A DNA stretch of 63,949 bases, counting the filler, from Lenisia limosa (lineage: Eukaryota > Protista > Breviatea), in NCBI GenBank assembly GCA_001655205.1. It is 11 parts of 11 records of this genome, joined end to end, with 100 filler letters (N's around TTAATTAATTAA, not from the genome) between each part and the next. Parts side by side here need not be neighbours in the genome. Positions count along the whole stretch, not along the records: positions 1 to 19,091 come from LPNZ01010570.1; positions 19,192 to 27,882 come from LPNZ01007258.1; 9 more parts are not named here. One strand, given 5' to 3'. Position numbers and translations under genes: made by a program. The notes beneath the pieces were generated by a model, which was given only the letters and a program-made list of their open reading frames with translations, ran no database searches and was not told the origin of the DNA. Positions 12,601 to 24,100 of this stretch are shown here, in pieces (positions within the stretch are counted from its first letter, which is position 1; each line of letters opens with the position of its first letter).

Positions 12601-15600
12601 AAAAAAACAAGATCAAAGATTCAAAATTAGGGGAAGAGTAGAATAATGGAGAATTTTGTGAAAATGGGATATTACTTACATCGTATAATATATTGATAGA
12701 ATGTACATGAGAGCATTGCACAACATTGTAATAAAACCTACATCCATCATCATTGGGGCTTCGAGCCAGTCGGAAGAGAAGGAGAGCAAGAATCTGTCAT
12801 GTAAAATAATTATCAGAATATGTTCACATATTAAACGACAGCTGCCTCCTAAAATGACCTACCCTTGCAGATTCAATTGAGAGAGACACCGATCCTGGAT
12901 CTTGAAGAGGGGCTATAACGTTAAAATATGAAACTATATTCGAGGTGAAATTTCATGCAAGATATGCCATAACTCGCATAAGATGGAACAAAACTGATGA
13001 ATCCCCCATTGCAGATTAAGATTATACATACTGCATAATACTCGGGGCCATCTTTCTACTATCATTACCAATATTAACAACGGACAATTGAATCAATCAT
13101 CAAGACAACCCACATCCTGGTGAAAATTCTGCCAGGTAGCATAGACAGTGAAGATACGATGAGCCTGCCGACAAAGCACCCGAAATAAGTTGATAATTGT
13201 TGAGGCTTTGAAACACCTGGGATGTCAAACTGTATAAAATAAGGTAGGTGCGCATAGCACATACTATCTTCATATAACATCATTTCAGAAAAAAAGCTGT
13301 TTTTTTCAAAAAAAAAATAGCCCACCTTTAGCACCAGTTGCGGCCATTTGCCTAATGTTTCTGCACTAGCCACACGAGCGGCAGCAGCATGAGGGGACTC
13401 TTCTTTTTTGCGCAAGGGTGGTATACGAGCACCTTTTCGCGACGATATTGATGAAGCCCTACTTCGTCCACCTACAATTCAATAAGAATTTAAATGATTC
13501 ACAGTCTGTGGAGGAAATAGAATCTTCTGATGCACTATGTAATATCATGAACAAACCATGCGGCAGCTTTGACCATGCGCTTTGCCTAAATCGTTAATGA
13601 TAAATGCCAATATCGATGAAGAAGCAATCAAAATACACCATACTGGGGAAGTTGCGCAAAAGAACCACCCGAGAGACGACCCTTGAGCATGCTCATTCTG
13701 TTAGAGTCGCCATCTTGGTGTAGAGGTTCGGGATCAGTTTCACTATAAGGTGATGTGATATACTATGATAATTGTGGCATGCTTGGACAAATGCTATATC
13801 TATCCATCTTACGAAGTAAGCGACAGTGCAATTATATGTTCAAGGAGAAATTGCTGGTCTTCAAATGAGTTGCGATTGATAGCTTCTTCAACCTAACAAG
13901 TTAGACTGGAACCTCAGAACATCACCTCAAGTTAAAACTTCAATACAATATTAAAAAAAGGCAATGACTAAAAAAGGCAAATCACTAGAAAACTAACCTG
14001 TGATACGCAGATTTGGATACTCTCATCAGATGGCCTGAAAAGATCATTGAAGAAAGTAATAATATTAAATCAATTATTTCAGGAGCCAAATTTGCGATTA
14101 TAAAAAAACTTTGACAGATGACTCACTCAGAAAAGGGTGAAAACGTTGAGCGAAAAACACTTGAGATAATATCTCTGGATTTTTCTCTTAACTGGTAACG
14201 GACCTGGGACGTGGGTTGACCTTCAAACGTACAAATTTAGGGATATTATAATTTAATTTCATTGGACTGCGATGTTCGCCAACCTTTTCAATCTCAGGTA
14301 ATAACTGGCTTTTATGTCGCATTGGAAGGTGCTATATTGGTCACATTTTTTCGAGGTTTTAATCACCAATACTTACAATTAATTGAGGCTTTTGCTCAAG
14401 AAGAGAACGCAGTTCAGGCAGTAATTCCTGGGTGGTAAAAAGGAAAATCAATCATCACTGAATCGAAATTCTAATCATCTCTCCAAACTTACCTGAACCC
14501 AGACAGACGAAGCTAACTTTGCAGCAAAAGCAAACGGGGCCAATAACTTCGCCCATAAACGGACAAGGCAAAGACCGTAGAAAATACATTCGCTGACAGA
14601 TATTGGAGTGATATCAACTGAATTACTTGGTCCTACAAAAATCAGTCATTGTTCAGACATCAATTAAAATGATGAAAGCCATCATCACCAACGTTTCAAA
14701 TGTGCCTTCTCAAGGGGTAGAGGGATTAGCCGACACAATGACGCCAAGTCAACCGCCATATGCACATGGCCAGCCTTAAGAACAGCAGTAGCATGTGAAA
14801 TCGCTGAAATGTGGAGAGTAGGTCGAAAAAACCATTGGTTGTATCTTCTGAAGAAGCTATCACATAACCGACCCACCAGCTTCTTCAATAATAGGACGTC
14901 TTAATGGGTTCATCAAAACGCTATTATTTGACTGTTTATTTCCAATAGGTGGTGATAAGAACGATTGCCTTTTCTAAGAAGGTTACCACTAAATCGAATG
15001 TAATTACTTGGTTTGTCATAATGATAACAAACCTTTTTATGAACGGTTGGCTTCTGACTTGGGGGCTGGAGAACATCATTTGTGGCGTTCTATGGAGTGA
15101 GGAAACTGAGGATAGTAGGTCTGAAGGGGAGAGAGCCCCACAAACCAAAACAATACGCTTTTTCTTGGAGCCTGCTTTTTTCTTTTGACCAGCCACTTCT
15201 CTGAGGATTGCCAAAACACTATCTCTGTAGAGCTTACTGCACTCGTATGCAACATGCTAGAAATAGAGTCAGAAATTACAGCCTGTTTCCTGCAGATAAA
15301 AAAAATACAACAAAAGCACCTTCCACAAAATGACAATTTTATTCAAAAAAACTGTCACTAACCTCCGTTTCTTCAAAATCGAGTTGCATTGATGATTCCT
15401 CGAAGACTGATCATATAGACAAAAAAAACGTGAAGGAGAACAGTTAAGGAACTTGGGCTTGTTCTTTACTGAGTGTGGTGTGGTGATGTTGGAAAGAGGA
15501 GGAGCGAGGAAAGGGTTGGGGCTAAAGGATTGGGTGCGAGGGGGATGTTTTAGGGTCTAATTTTTCCGAGAATATACCCGCCGGCGTCCAGGGAAGCTGT

Positions 15601-15625
15601 CGTCCACGAATTCCATTTCCATCAT
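9670..15625 (-). CDS. Large multi-exon hypothetical protein
   Basis: ATG near 15616-15625 (MEFVDDSFPGRR); many open minus-strand exons with GT-AG ends (KKLVGRLCDSFFRRYNQWFFRP, LPCNTLQKELASASAFL, LRQLLFVKVFWETQ); stop at 9670. No family recognised with confidence. Confidence 0.6.
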
Positions 15626-15870
15626 AATAATAATAAAATTAATAATAATAATTAAATAAAAATGAAGCAGAGAAGGAAGGACCTTTAAGGGAAAGATCAA
15701 CACCGACTGAGTCTGGTGTAAACTTGCTGTCTCCGACAAGTAATTAGACAGATCTAGAACGGAACACTCATTATTGTCGGCGCAAATTTTCAGACTCTCA
15801 AAAGGGACTTCAAACTTCCTCTATGGTCAATCAGCATTTATCAGCTTGAGATAATTTTAGCATTGGCATA

Positions 15871-18720
15871 ATGACAACCTCTCCCATTCACTTATCTGAG
15901 CCTTGCCTGTCAATAAGAGTACGTGGCGAGGTGGAATGCAACAGTTGTATGAAGACCTTTACCGTTTAGGACTTCAACGTTTCTCCCTACCGTAAGAAAG
16001 CTAGTACTTTAAGAGGTTCCCACGACTGGCACTCTATTACACAGGCTGCTGCGCCACTGGTTCAGGTTTGAAAATAATATTTTTATTGTATTTTGACATG
16101 AAACGACTCGGTGGTCCATTCTTGAGCTTTTGTCAAGCAATATTCAGACGTTGTTTTTCTGAGGAGTGAACTTATCTCGTAGGCTGTTGGCAACTTTGAG
16201 CGGCTTGCAAAAGATATTCAGCACCCAAATATATGTAGTGTATTAGGAGTACATGTTGGACATAAAGGTGGGGATGGATGTGTTTTATCCAGTGTGTTTG
16301 TTATAACCGTGAGTCTGTCTACCTGCCCATTCAGTTTGCAAGTTACTCTTTTAGATCGCCTCTTTGTCTTAAGTGAGCATAGAACAGAGTCACTCGAAGA
16401 TGTAATCAAATCAGGTGGCGGGGTAGTTCTAAATGCTATTATTTCTTTTGGGTATTTACGCCCTCAGGTCCTCTTCCTTCGGAGGACATTTTGCATATAA
16501 TGAAGGATGTTCTATCAGGGCTCTTCTTCCTCCAAGATAACAACATTGTACACAAGTCAATTTCACCAAGCAATATTGTTATTAGCAAAGAGGTTGGTTA
16601 AAATATTCATGTAATTGTTTTATCATTTTAGGGTCAAGCTATGGTTGCTGATTGGGGTCTTTTTGATGCGACAAATTCTGGTACCTTAGTCAGCTTTCCT
16701 ATTGGGTTTGAGGTTGACATCTTATAATAAGAAATGGATAATTATTTGGATACATCTTGCCGCCCCATTAACCTATTATCAGAGATCCAGCATATATGGC
16801 TCCTGAAACTATCCTCAGTGGACCCCAGTCTACCAACGCACTACCACAGGTTAGTGGTAATGTTGTTCTATTTGGGGCAAGAAAAGTGATTTCTCACTTG
16901 TTAATGATCCCATATCAATTCTGCCCTAATCAGCTTTAGTCAACTTTGTGGTCTTTAGGGATCATTGCTTCTGAATTATTCACTGGAAAGCTGAGGTTCG
17001 ACAAATCAGGTCTGTTTATGAATGATAATTTGGATTATATTTAAATTCATTCACCTATTAGACCCACCTGAGAAGGTTCTGAAACAAATGTTCTCTTTTT
17101 GTGGTCACCATGAAGACGAAATATCGACTTCGGGCCTAGATAATCAACACACTGGATCTGACATGGTTTGGCACGATTACAGTTTTTATGGACTTTAATT
17201 TACTGTTATCCAGCCAGTACATAGCCCCCAGCCTTCTCGGCCACAGCCCCATGTACCATATATCCCTCCATCTTTTGAAACAAAAGTTTGTTGTGCTACT
17301 TGTGTACTTTGATTTGTAAATCGTAATACTTTTCCAGCGCAATTCAAAATGTAATGAGGACAGATAATATCAAATCGATTAATTATGTGGTGTTTTCAGT
17401 TAAAAGATAATGGATCCCCAATTAAAATCCCTTCTCTCTGTATCTGCTGATCATCAGATTTTGACCCCTGGGCCGGAGCCAACTCCTCGACCTGCAGCGC
17501 GCAATATTTTGAAGGCTGAGGCAGCATTGGAAGACTTGTTGGGGAGGGGGTATTTTGCTGTTTTGATGAATATGACCATTGACCTTTTTACCGTTTTTTT
17601 ACTTACATTCTCTCTTAGCTTTATCTTCTAGTATTTCTGATACAATTGGCTCCTCAAGCTCAACACCAAGTGATAGAAGTGGGGTCTGTTGTATTTTTTT
17701 TTCCTTTGGTTGTGATGGCGTGTAAACAACCTCTAATATAGTTTATTTTCAAGGACTCGAACAATTCCTTCGTGTTTGTCTCGTGGTAAACCCGGCTGAA
17801 AGGGATACTCCTGAAATGATTGTAAGTGGAAGTTGTACCAACAGTTACATTGTGATGAACATGTAGGGAGATGATGTCATTTTTAGTTTTATTTTTGACT
17901 CCTTTAGCTGCAAAGAAAACATTTATGGCATCGTACTTCGAGTTACACCTCTAACGTTAGCTACCATCATGCCACTGTTTTGCAAGGGTTCATTATCTTG
18001 TTTTACGTTCTGATCCTTAAGATTTTATCGCCTGAATCCAAGTCAACCTCCACAATTCCCTCCAATAAACCTGGCGTTCCTACAGTGGGGGAACTTGGAA
18101 GTACACTTTATTACCGTTTTCAATATCTTTATTATCATAGGAAAAGGATTTTTTTGAGATGCCCCCACCACCCCCTGTGTACTTATCATCAAATGGCCAG
18201 TCATTTGCCTCAAGTCAGAGCATGTTCTATCGCAATAATGGTATGGGGATGCTACTGTAGGACAACATTCTAGAGCTATGGTAAATATGTTGTCTAACTA
18301 ATTGTAGACAGCCAAAGACCATGGAATGACCTCCCATTAACCTGGAGTAATGTATGGAATGGAGAAAGTATACAATAAATTTTGGACTGGCAACTATTAA
18401 TCAGTACCTATTGATGATTTAGGTGTTGCAGCTCTGGCTTCTCATGACGACAGACCTTGAAAAGATTGTTCAAGAATGTGAGGGGTGAAGTCTACTGAGA
18501 CAAGCAGTAACGCTTATCCATTGTGAATTTTTGTAAGTGTATCACTTACAATTATAGCTGCTCTTGGTGATGCCCTCCCTGAAAGAAGCCCTTCCCCGAA
18601 CCCAGGTAATATACTACAGAGTTGTTTCCTTGCAAGAACTTTTTTTGTGATTAATTTACCCATGTCTTATACTGCATAGACAGTCAAATGTCAGCTGCGA
18701 TCCTCAGATTGCCACAGACA
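15871..18720 (+). CDS. TBCK: TBC1 domain-containing kinase (pseudokinase domain part; 3' end cut at the contig end)
   Basis: Exons AVGNFERLAKDIQHPNICS, DRLFVLSEHRTESLEDVIK, IVHKSISPSNIVI, ADWGLFDATNSGTLVSFPIG, PAYMAPE, TLWSLGIIASEL, FLRVCLVVNPAERDTP match the TBCK N-terminal domain, including the characteristic FPIG.P.Y.APE. Confidence 0.85.
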
Positions 18721-19091
18721 GTTATCAATAAGGGTGAAAAAGGCGATAAACATGAGCCATCTCATCAAAAGTAAGGAAGAATCGCTTTTAAAACAATGTT
18801 ACCAAGCATCATAAAAGTTGTTTTTTACACAAATAGGTTCAAAAAAGAGCTTAGTATAGTCAAACTTGATGCTTTACAACAAAGAGCTTTACTTGCTAAA
18901 GAGGTATTGGGACTAAAAAAAAATCGTTTTTGCATATGATTTCGATATGCTATGATATATGATATATACATAATAGTATGCATCATATGATGTCCTCCTG
19001 GATTAGTATAATATATCATATGGTATACTATTATCATATAGGTGACTATACATGAACGCGAACACTCCCATGAACGCGAACGCTTTTTCGA

Positions 19092-19191
19092 NNNNNNNNN
19101 NNNNNNNNNNNNNNNNNNNNNNNNNNNNNNNNNNNTTAATTAATTAANNNNNNNNNNNNNNNNNNNNNNNNNNNNNNNNNNNNNNNNNNNN
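19092..19191. other. Artificial 100-bp contig linker
   Basis: N44-TTAATTAATTAA-N44; the same linker occurs at 27883, 37936, 40280, 42204, 44926, 49779, 51728, 56060 and 62832. Confidence 0.97.
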
Positions 19192-19233
19192 TCGGCCTTA
19201 TACAATTTATTACCACGTCTACTTACACCTTAG

Positions 19234-20524
19234 TACCTTGTACCTTGTTGTTGGAGAAAAGGCCATCATGACCGAGCTTGTCAAGAACGGTAGGGTAAGG
19301 TTTGCGTCAAAGGCTGACCCCGGCTTGTTTTTGTATTGATGTCATCTGGCTTTTGTCTAGTTTTAGCGTCGATTGCTCGTGTTTGTATTTGCTTGTATTT
19401 TAGTTTTGTTTGTTTGTAGTTTTAGATTATTCGGTTTGNNNNNNNNNNNNNNNNNNNNNNNNNNNNNNNNNNNNNNNNNNNNNNNNNNNNNNNNNNNNNN
19501 NNNNNNNNNNNNNNNNNNNNNNNNNNNNNNNNNNNNNNNNNNNNNNNNNNNNNNNNNNNNNNNNNNNNNNNNNNNNNNNNNNNNNNNNNNNNNNNNNNNN
19601 NNNNNNNNNNNNNTCAATTTCCGATTTTACTCCCCCCCTCCCCCCAGGACCAGTTCAAGCCGTGATGGTCGTATATGAGGTGGGATTTGCAGCCGTGCAA
19701 TTAATTTCTCGAGAAAATTTGTTGACAAATTGAAATTAAAGTATCTAAAACAATGGGTCCTGGTTACACATTGTTCTGCTTCCTCCCTACCTTTTTTGCA
19801 GTAAAGTCTGTATTGAAACTAGGACCATAGAGATCTAGCCTCAAGGATTTCCTGCCTCACCCCCCCCCCCACCAGGATTTCTTAGCTTATAAATCCGGTG
19901 TTTACCAACCCAAAGAGAANNNNNNNNNNNNNNNNNNNNNNNNNNNNNNNNNNNNNNNNNNNNNNNNNNNNNNNNNNNNNNNNNNNNNNNNTATGAAAAA
20001 GCATATGAAAAAATGATCATTTCCACAGTCAAATCTGATCAAATTTAGTGAAATTACCTGGTATTGTTTTTAAATCTAACCATTTAGTGGAAATTATGGG
20101 TTACGGAACTCTCGATGGTGTCAAATACTGGCGTGTCAAGAACTCGTATGGGGTTATTTTTAAGTATATCCCTGGAATGAATTTTTTGAAGATATGTCTC
20201 ACTTCATATTCTGTAATTAATTTGTCAATTGTGGAATGTAGTCCTGTTTTTTTGAAGTGATCCTATTCGGTGCTGCAGAAGTAACTGGGTGTTTATTTTG
20301 TTGTTATCAACCCTCGTGTGTTTTCAGCCACCAGAGTTGACCTTTAGCTTTTTTGTTTCATAAATTCCTAATTGTACTCCCCCCGTACCCTGTTTGAAAT
20401 ATCTCCCATTTACGAAATTAGCTGGAACGAATCCTGGGGGCTCAACGGAGAATTTCTGATCCTCCGCGGCCATGATACAGCAGGTCTTGAGACCGGCGTG
20501 GTGGTTGCCATGCCCAAGATCTAA
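19234..20524 (+). CDS. Cathepsin B-like cysteine protease (papain family C1A), C-terminal part
   Basis: AIMTELVKNG|GPVQAVMVVYE|DFLAYKSGVYQ, VEIMGYG..YWRVKNS|WNESWGLNGEFLILRG..GLETGVVVAMPKI*. Confidence 0.88.
19295..19648 (+). repeat. Family B' intronic repeat (variant; interrupted by an N gap)
   Basis: CAAAGGCTG..CGGCTTGTTTTTG..GTCATCTGGCTTTTGTCTAGTT..AGATTATTCGGTT..TTTTACTCCCCCC..CAG is shared with the CDC48 intron at 47218-47394. Confidence 0.75.
20268..20385 (+). repeat. Family B intronic repeat
   Basis: CGGTGCTGCAGAAG..TTGTTATCAACCCTCGTGTG..CAGCCACCAGAGTTGA..GTTTCATAAATT in a cathepsin intron. Confidence 0.88.
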
Positions 20525-21169
20525 AGATTTGTGGTGTTGCAGACCCTAAGATCGGATAAGATCCCTTTGTTTTCCTTCTTTTTGGTTGTTTTCTATAAAG
20601 TTCTCTTCATGATATGTGTAGTAATGAGACCCTAACTAGATTTTTTCATTTCATCAACTACAATACGTCCTGTAAAACAAATGGGAAAGCCGCGAAATTC
20701 CACGAAAATGCTGTTTTTTCCCAGATTTTTTCCGCGAAAATCCCGCGAAAATGCGTTTTTCTGTGCGGGTAAATAGGACAATTTCACGCATTTCATTTTC
20801 CAGAATATCAGCGAAAATTAGAATACCAGCGAAAATTAGAGCTCATTTGGCGATGGGATAAACGCAAATTGTGGATATTATGCCCTTTTTTGCCGCGCTG
20901 GCCGAGTTCACTTAAATTTATATACAATATGGATTATATTCGTAATCTATTCTCCTCTAGGGGAGACTCATATATATATGATATATACTATATGATATAT
21001 ATAGAATATAATAAAGTACATGTAGTATATTCAATATATTTCCCAAACCTGTTCAATTTTTAAACTTTTTAACCCTTCCCCTCTATTTCGTCTCTACTCT
21101 GCTAAGACCCCAAGACCTACCTACACACACCTACACGCGTACATGCAGATCACAGCAAACTGTCTCGGT

Positions 21170-24100
21170 TTGCGTAAATTTGAGAGGACATTGGGTGCTG
21201 TCGGAAGATCGTAGTGTCCCGCCCAGAGTGAGCCCGGGCTGGGCCGCGCAATGGTGCAATGCAACAGATTCCCCGGCACCCAGGCGTCAAGTACTTGGGC
21301 CGAGGTCGAGGACCCTAGATTGGGGAATGCAGCAACAGACAGACAAATAACATTACGAATGTGTGACGAATCCAGGTATCCCTGACGAATCTAGCAGAGC
21401 TTCACTTTCGGTTCCAAAAGACTGAGAAAATATCGATATTTATCGAGGATTTATCGACAATATGTCTTTTTTAGAACCGAAAGTGGAGCTCTAGCCAGGC
21501 AATGTCTGATTGATGCCTTGTTCTCAACTTGTTCTCGTCTTGATGTCTCGAGCGCCATTCAAGGTGGGCGCCATTTCCCCATTTCCTCGACAACCATCAT
21601 TGCCCATATGCCCGGCATAAGCCTCCTGACTCCTGATTGGGTTTTTTGTTGCCAATAGATAGATTTCCAATTTCTGAGATCAAAACTTAAATAATTTAAA
21701 ATGGCAAATAGCAACGATCAACACAATTTCATAATATTGGTAATTTCTGATTTCTGTGATTCAAATTGCTTGTATTCCAGTTGCTCTCCATCTTTAGCCA
21801 TTTCCCGTTTTCCTTTTTGTAGGCTATCATCTATCCCATCTTTGTTTGATTCCTGTAGATATACATATTATATATATATATAATAAAATTAACAAACCAC
21901 ACTCGACAATTTAAAGAGTGATGCCCTCTTGAATTACAGCGTCTCCCGGTGCGACAGCAATCCACGTCATTTTGTCCAGGGTCTAAAATGTCATTGAGTT
22001 CGAAAATCAACTCGGGTACCTAGGAACATACACTCTGAAACCTCTAACACCCCTCCACCATCCCAGATACAACTCAAGGGGGTTAACATGGGTTAAACCC
22101 AAAAAAGAAAACTAAAGTGGTTGGAAATACAAAAATCTGTTTGACTAGGGTACAACCAGGGCTTCACTTCAGTTCCAAAAAACCCGGGAAAGTATAGATA
22201 GTTTTCCAGGATTAATCGAGATATTTAGACTTTTTTCGAACCGAAGTAAACCCCTAGGTACAACGATTGATTAACAGCCTCAAAAACAAATGTGCAGCAT
22301 TCCGCTTACCCCTGCAGTTCCAGAGTTTGAGATTTGGGCGGTAAATCCGGTGGTCGAAATGGATGTCGGGGCTACATAATTAGGGCTTCACTTCGGTTCC
22401 AAAAACAACTGAATTTCTCGAAAAATCCTCAAAAACTATCATGTCTTTTTGAAGTGAAGCCCTATTCATAACGGATAAATAATGGAAGATAAATCTCAAT
22501 AATCACATAGACTATGTGATTGAAAGATAAAATGTATCACAGCCTCCTTACAGAATTCATTTTTAAATCATTTAACACCTCCAATATTTTTGATTGCAAA
22601 CGGTGATTTTCACCTTTTGCACACACAGCAATATCATAAACAACGCAAATATGTTAATATGACATTTATGGTACCTGTGCCTACCCATAGCCTCTCCGTC
22701 TCCGTTCCAATTACAAGCAACGATCACAGGTTCCACATCGAAGGGAGTGTCAAATACCACTGTGGCCTGAGGGTCAGTAACAATGACACGGTGATACCTC
22801 TCTGATAAATATTCATTTTAATTTTGCGGACAATATATTGGCCTAAAACCCCAATAATTGGTCAAAATTGTACTTTTTTGACCGTTTTCAACGATTCTAA
22901 CAACCCAAAATTCCTCAGAAAAATGGGAGCGTAATATGAGGCGTATGGTGAATATACATACATATAGCAATGAGAAATAAAAAAACAAGGTTGTATCTGA
23001 CCGAAGCCGTCCACACCATCACACTTATAAGAGATATTGGATGATAGTATCATAGTACTGCACCCAATCATTTGCCTTACAACTCTGTGCACACAGCTTT
23101 CTGCGTGCCTGCCCAGCAGAGGGATTGCAAACACGAAACTTTCAACTCACCGAAGAAGAAATGCCGTGGAGAAGCTTTTTTGGCACTTGGTAGTTCTGGT
23201 CCAGGGCAATTGTGAAGATGTTGCTCATCAGACTAAACAAAAATGAAACCCCACAAAAAAAATACACTTTTGGTGCGATTCTTCATTAAAAGCAGACACA
23301 AATTTCAAACACAGCAACAAAATACTCAAAAATGCTGTACCCATGTTGTGATGAATTATAGCTTACGAGTAATGTTTACCACCAGCCACAGTAACATCTT
23401 TGAGATATACCTGAAAGGGTGATGACTGAAAATGGAAACAAAACAAAAACATGGCTATTTAGTTGATATTTGAAGAACATGCTCTGTTCTGCTGACCTTT
23501 CCCCCTGTATCGGGTTATCTGATGCGTTTCTCCCCTTTAACTCACTCTTTTATTGAAATAATAAAAATGGATCAAAATAAAAATACTCATCATAATGAAC
23601 AATAATAATAAAAAAAAAAAAATGGATCAAAATAAAAATACTCATCATAATGAACAATAATAATAATAAAAAAAAAATGGATCAAAGATAAAACAGAAAG
23701 TAAGCAACTAGCGCCTCCAAAACCCACATAAGATGTAGTTGAGGAAGACTCCACAGATACAAGGTAAGTTGGGATGGCGGTAAACTCAGTGGGGAAGGCG
23801 GCGACTGACCCACTGCTGCCAACAAGCATTCGGGCCTTGGGTGGGTGACGGAGGGAATGGTATACATGTAAGGTCTCTTTGGTTCGGAAAAAGACTGAAT
23901 TTCTCAATAAATCCTCGAAAATTGTCGATATTGTACCGGTCTTTTTTGAACCAAAGTGAAGCACTATACAAACTATCAAGTAATCGCTTCATGAAAATTC
24001 AATGAATTACATCAAAACACTAATTTGGAAAGTTGTTTCTTAATGTGGCAACTCTTTCAAGAATTAAGGATAATGCCCCTGTATGGATTGATAGACGCGT

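Noticed and set aside
9670-15625. Assignment to codanin-1 or Nup155
   Set aside because: Only short, weak by-eye resemblances; domain order and length are not supportive without a profile search.
21150-21350. GC-rich block as a structured ncRNA gene
   Set aside because: It has canonical minus-strand acceptor and donor sites with one fully open frame, so an exon is the simpler explanation; no recognisable RNA family motif.
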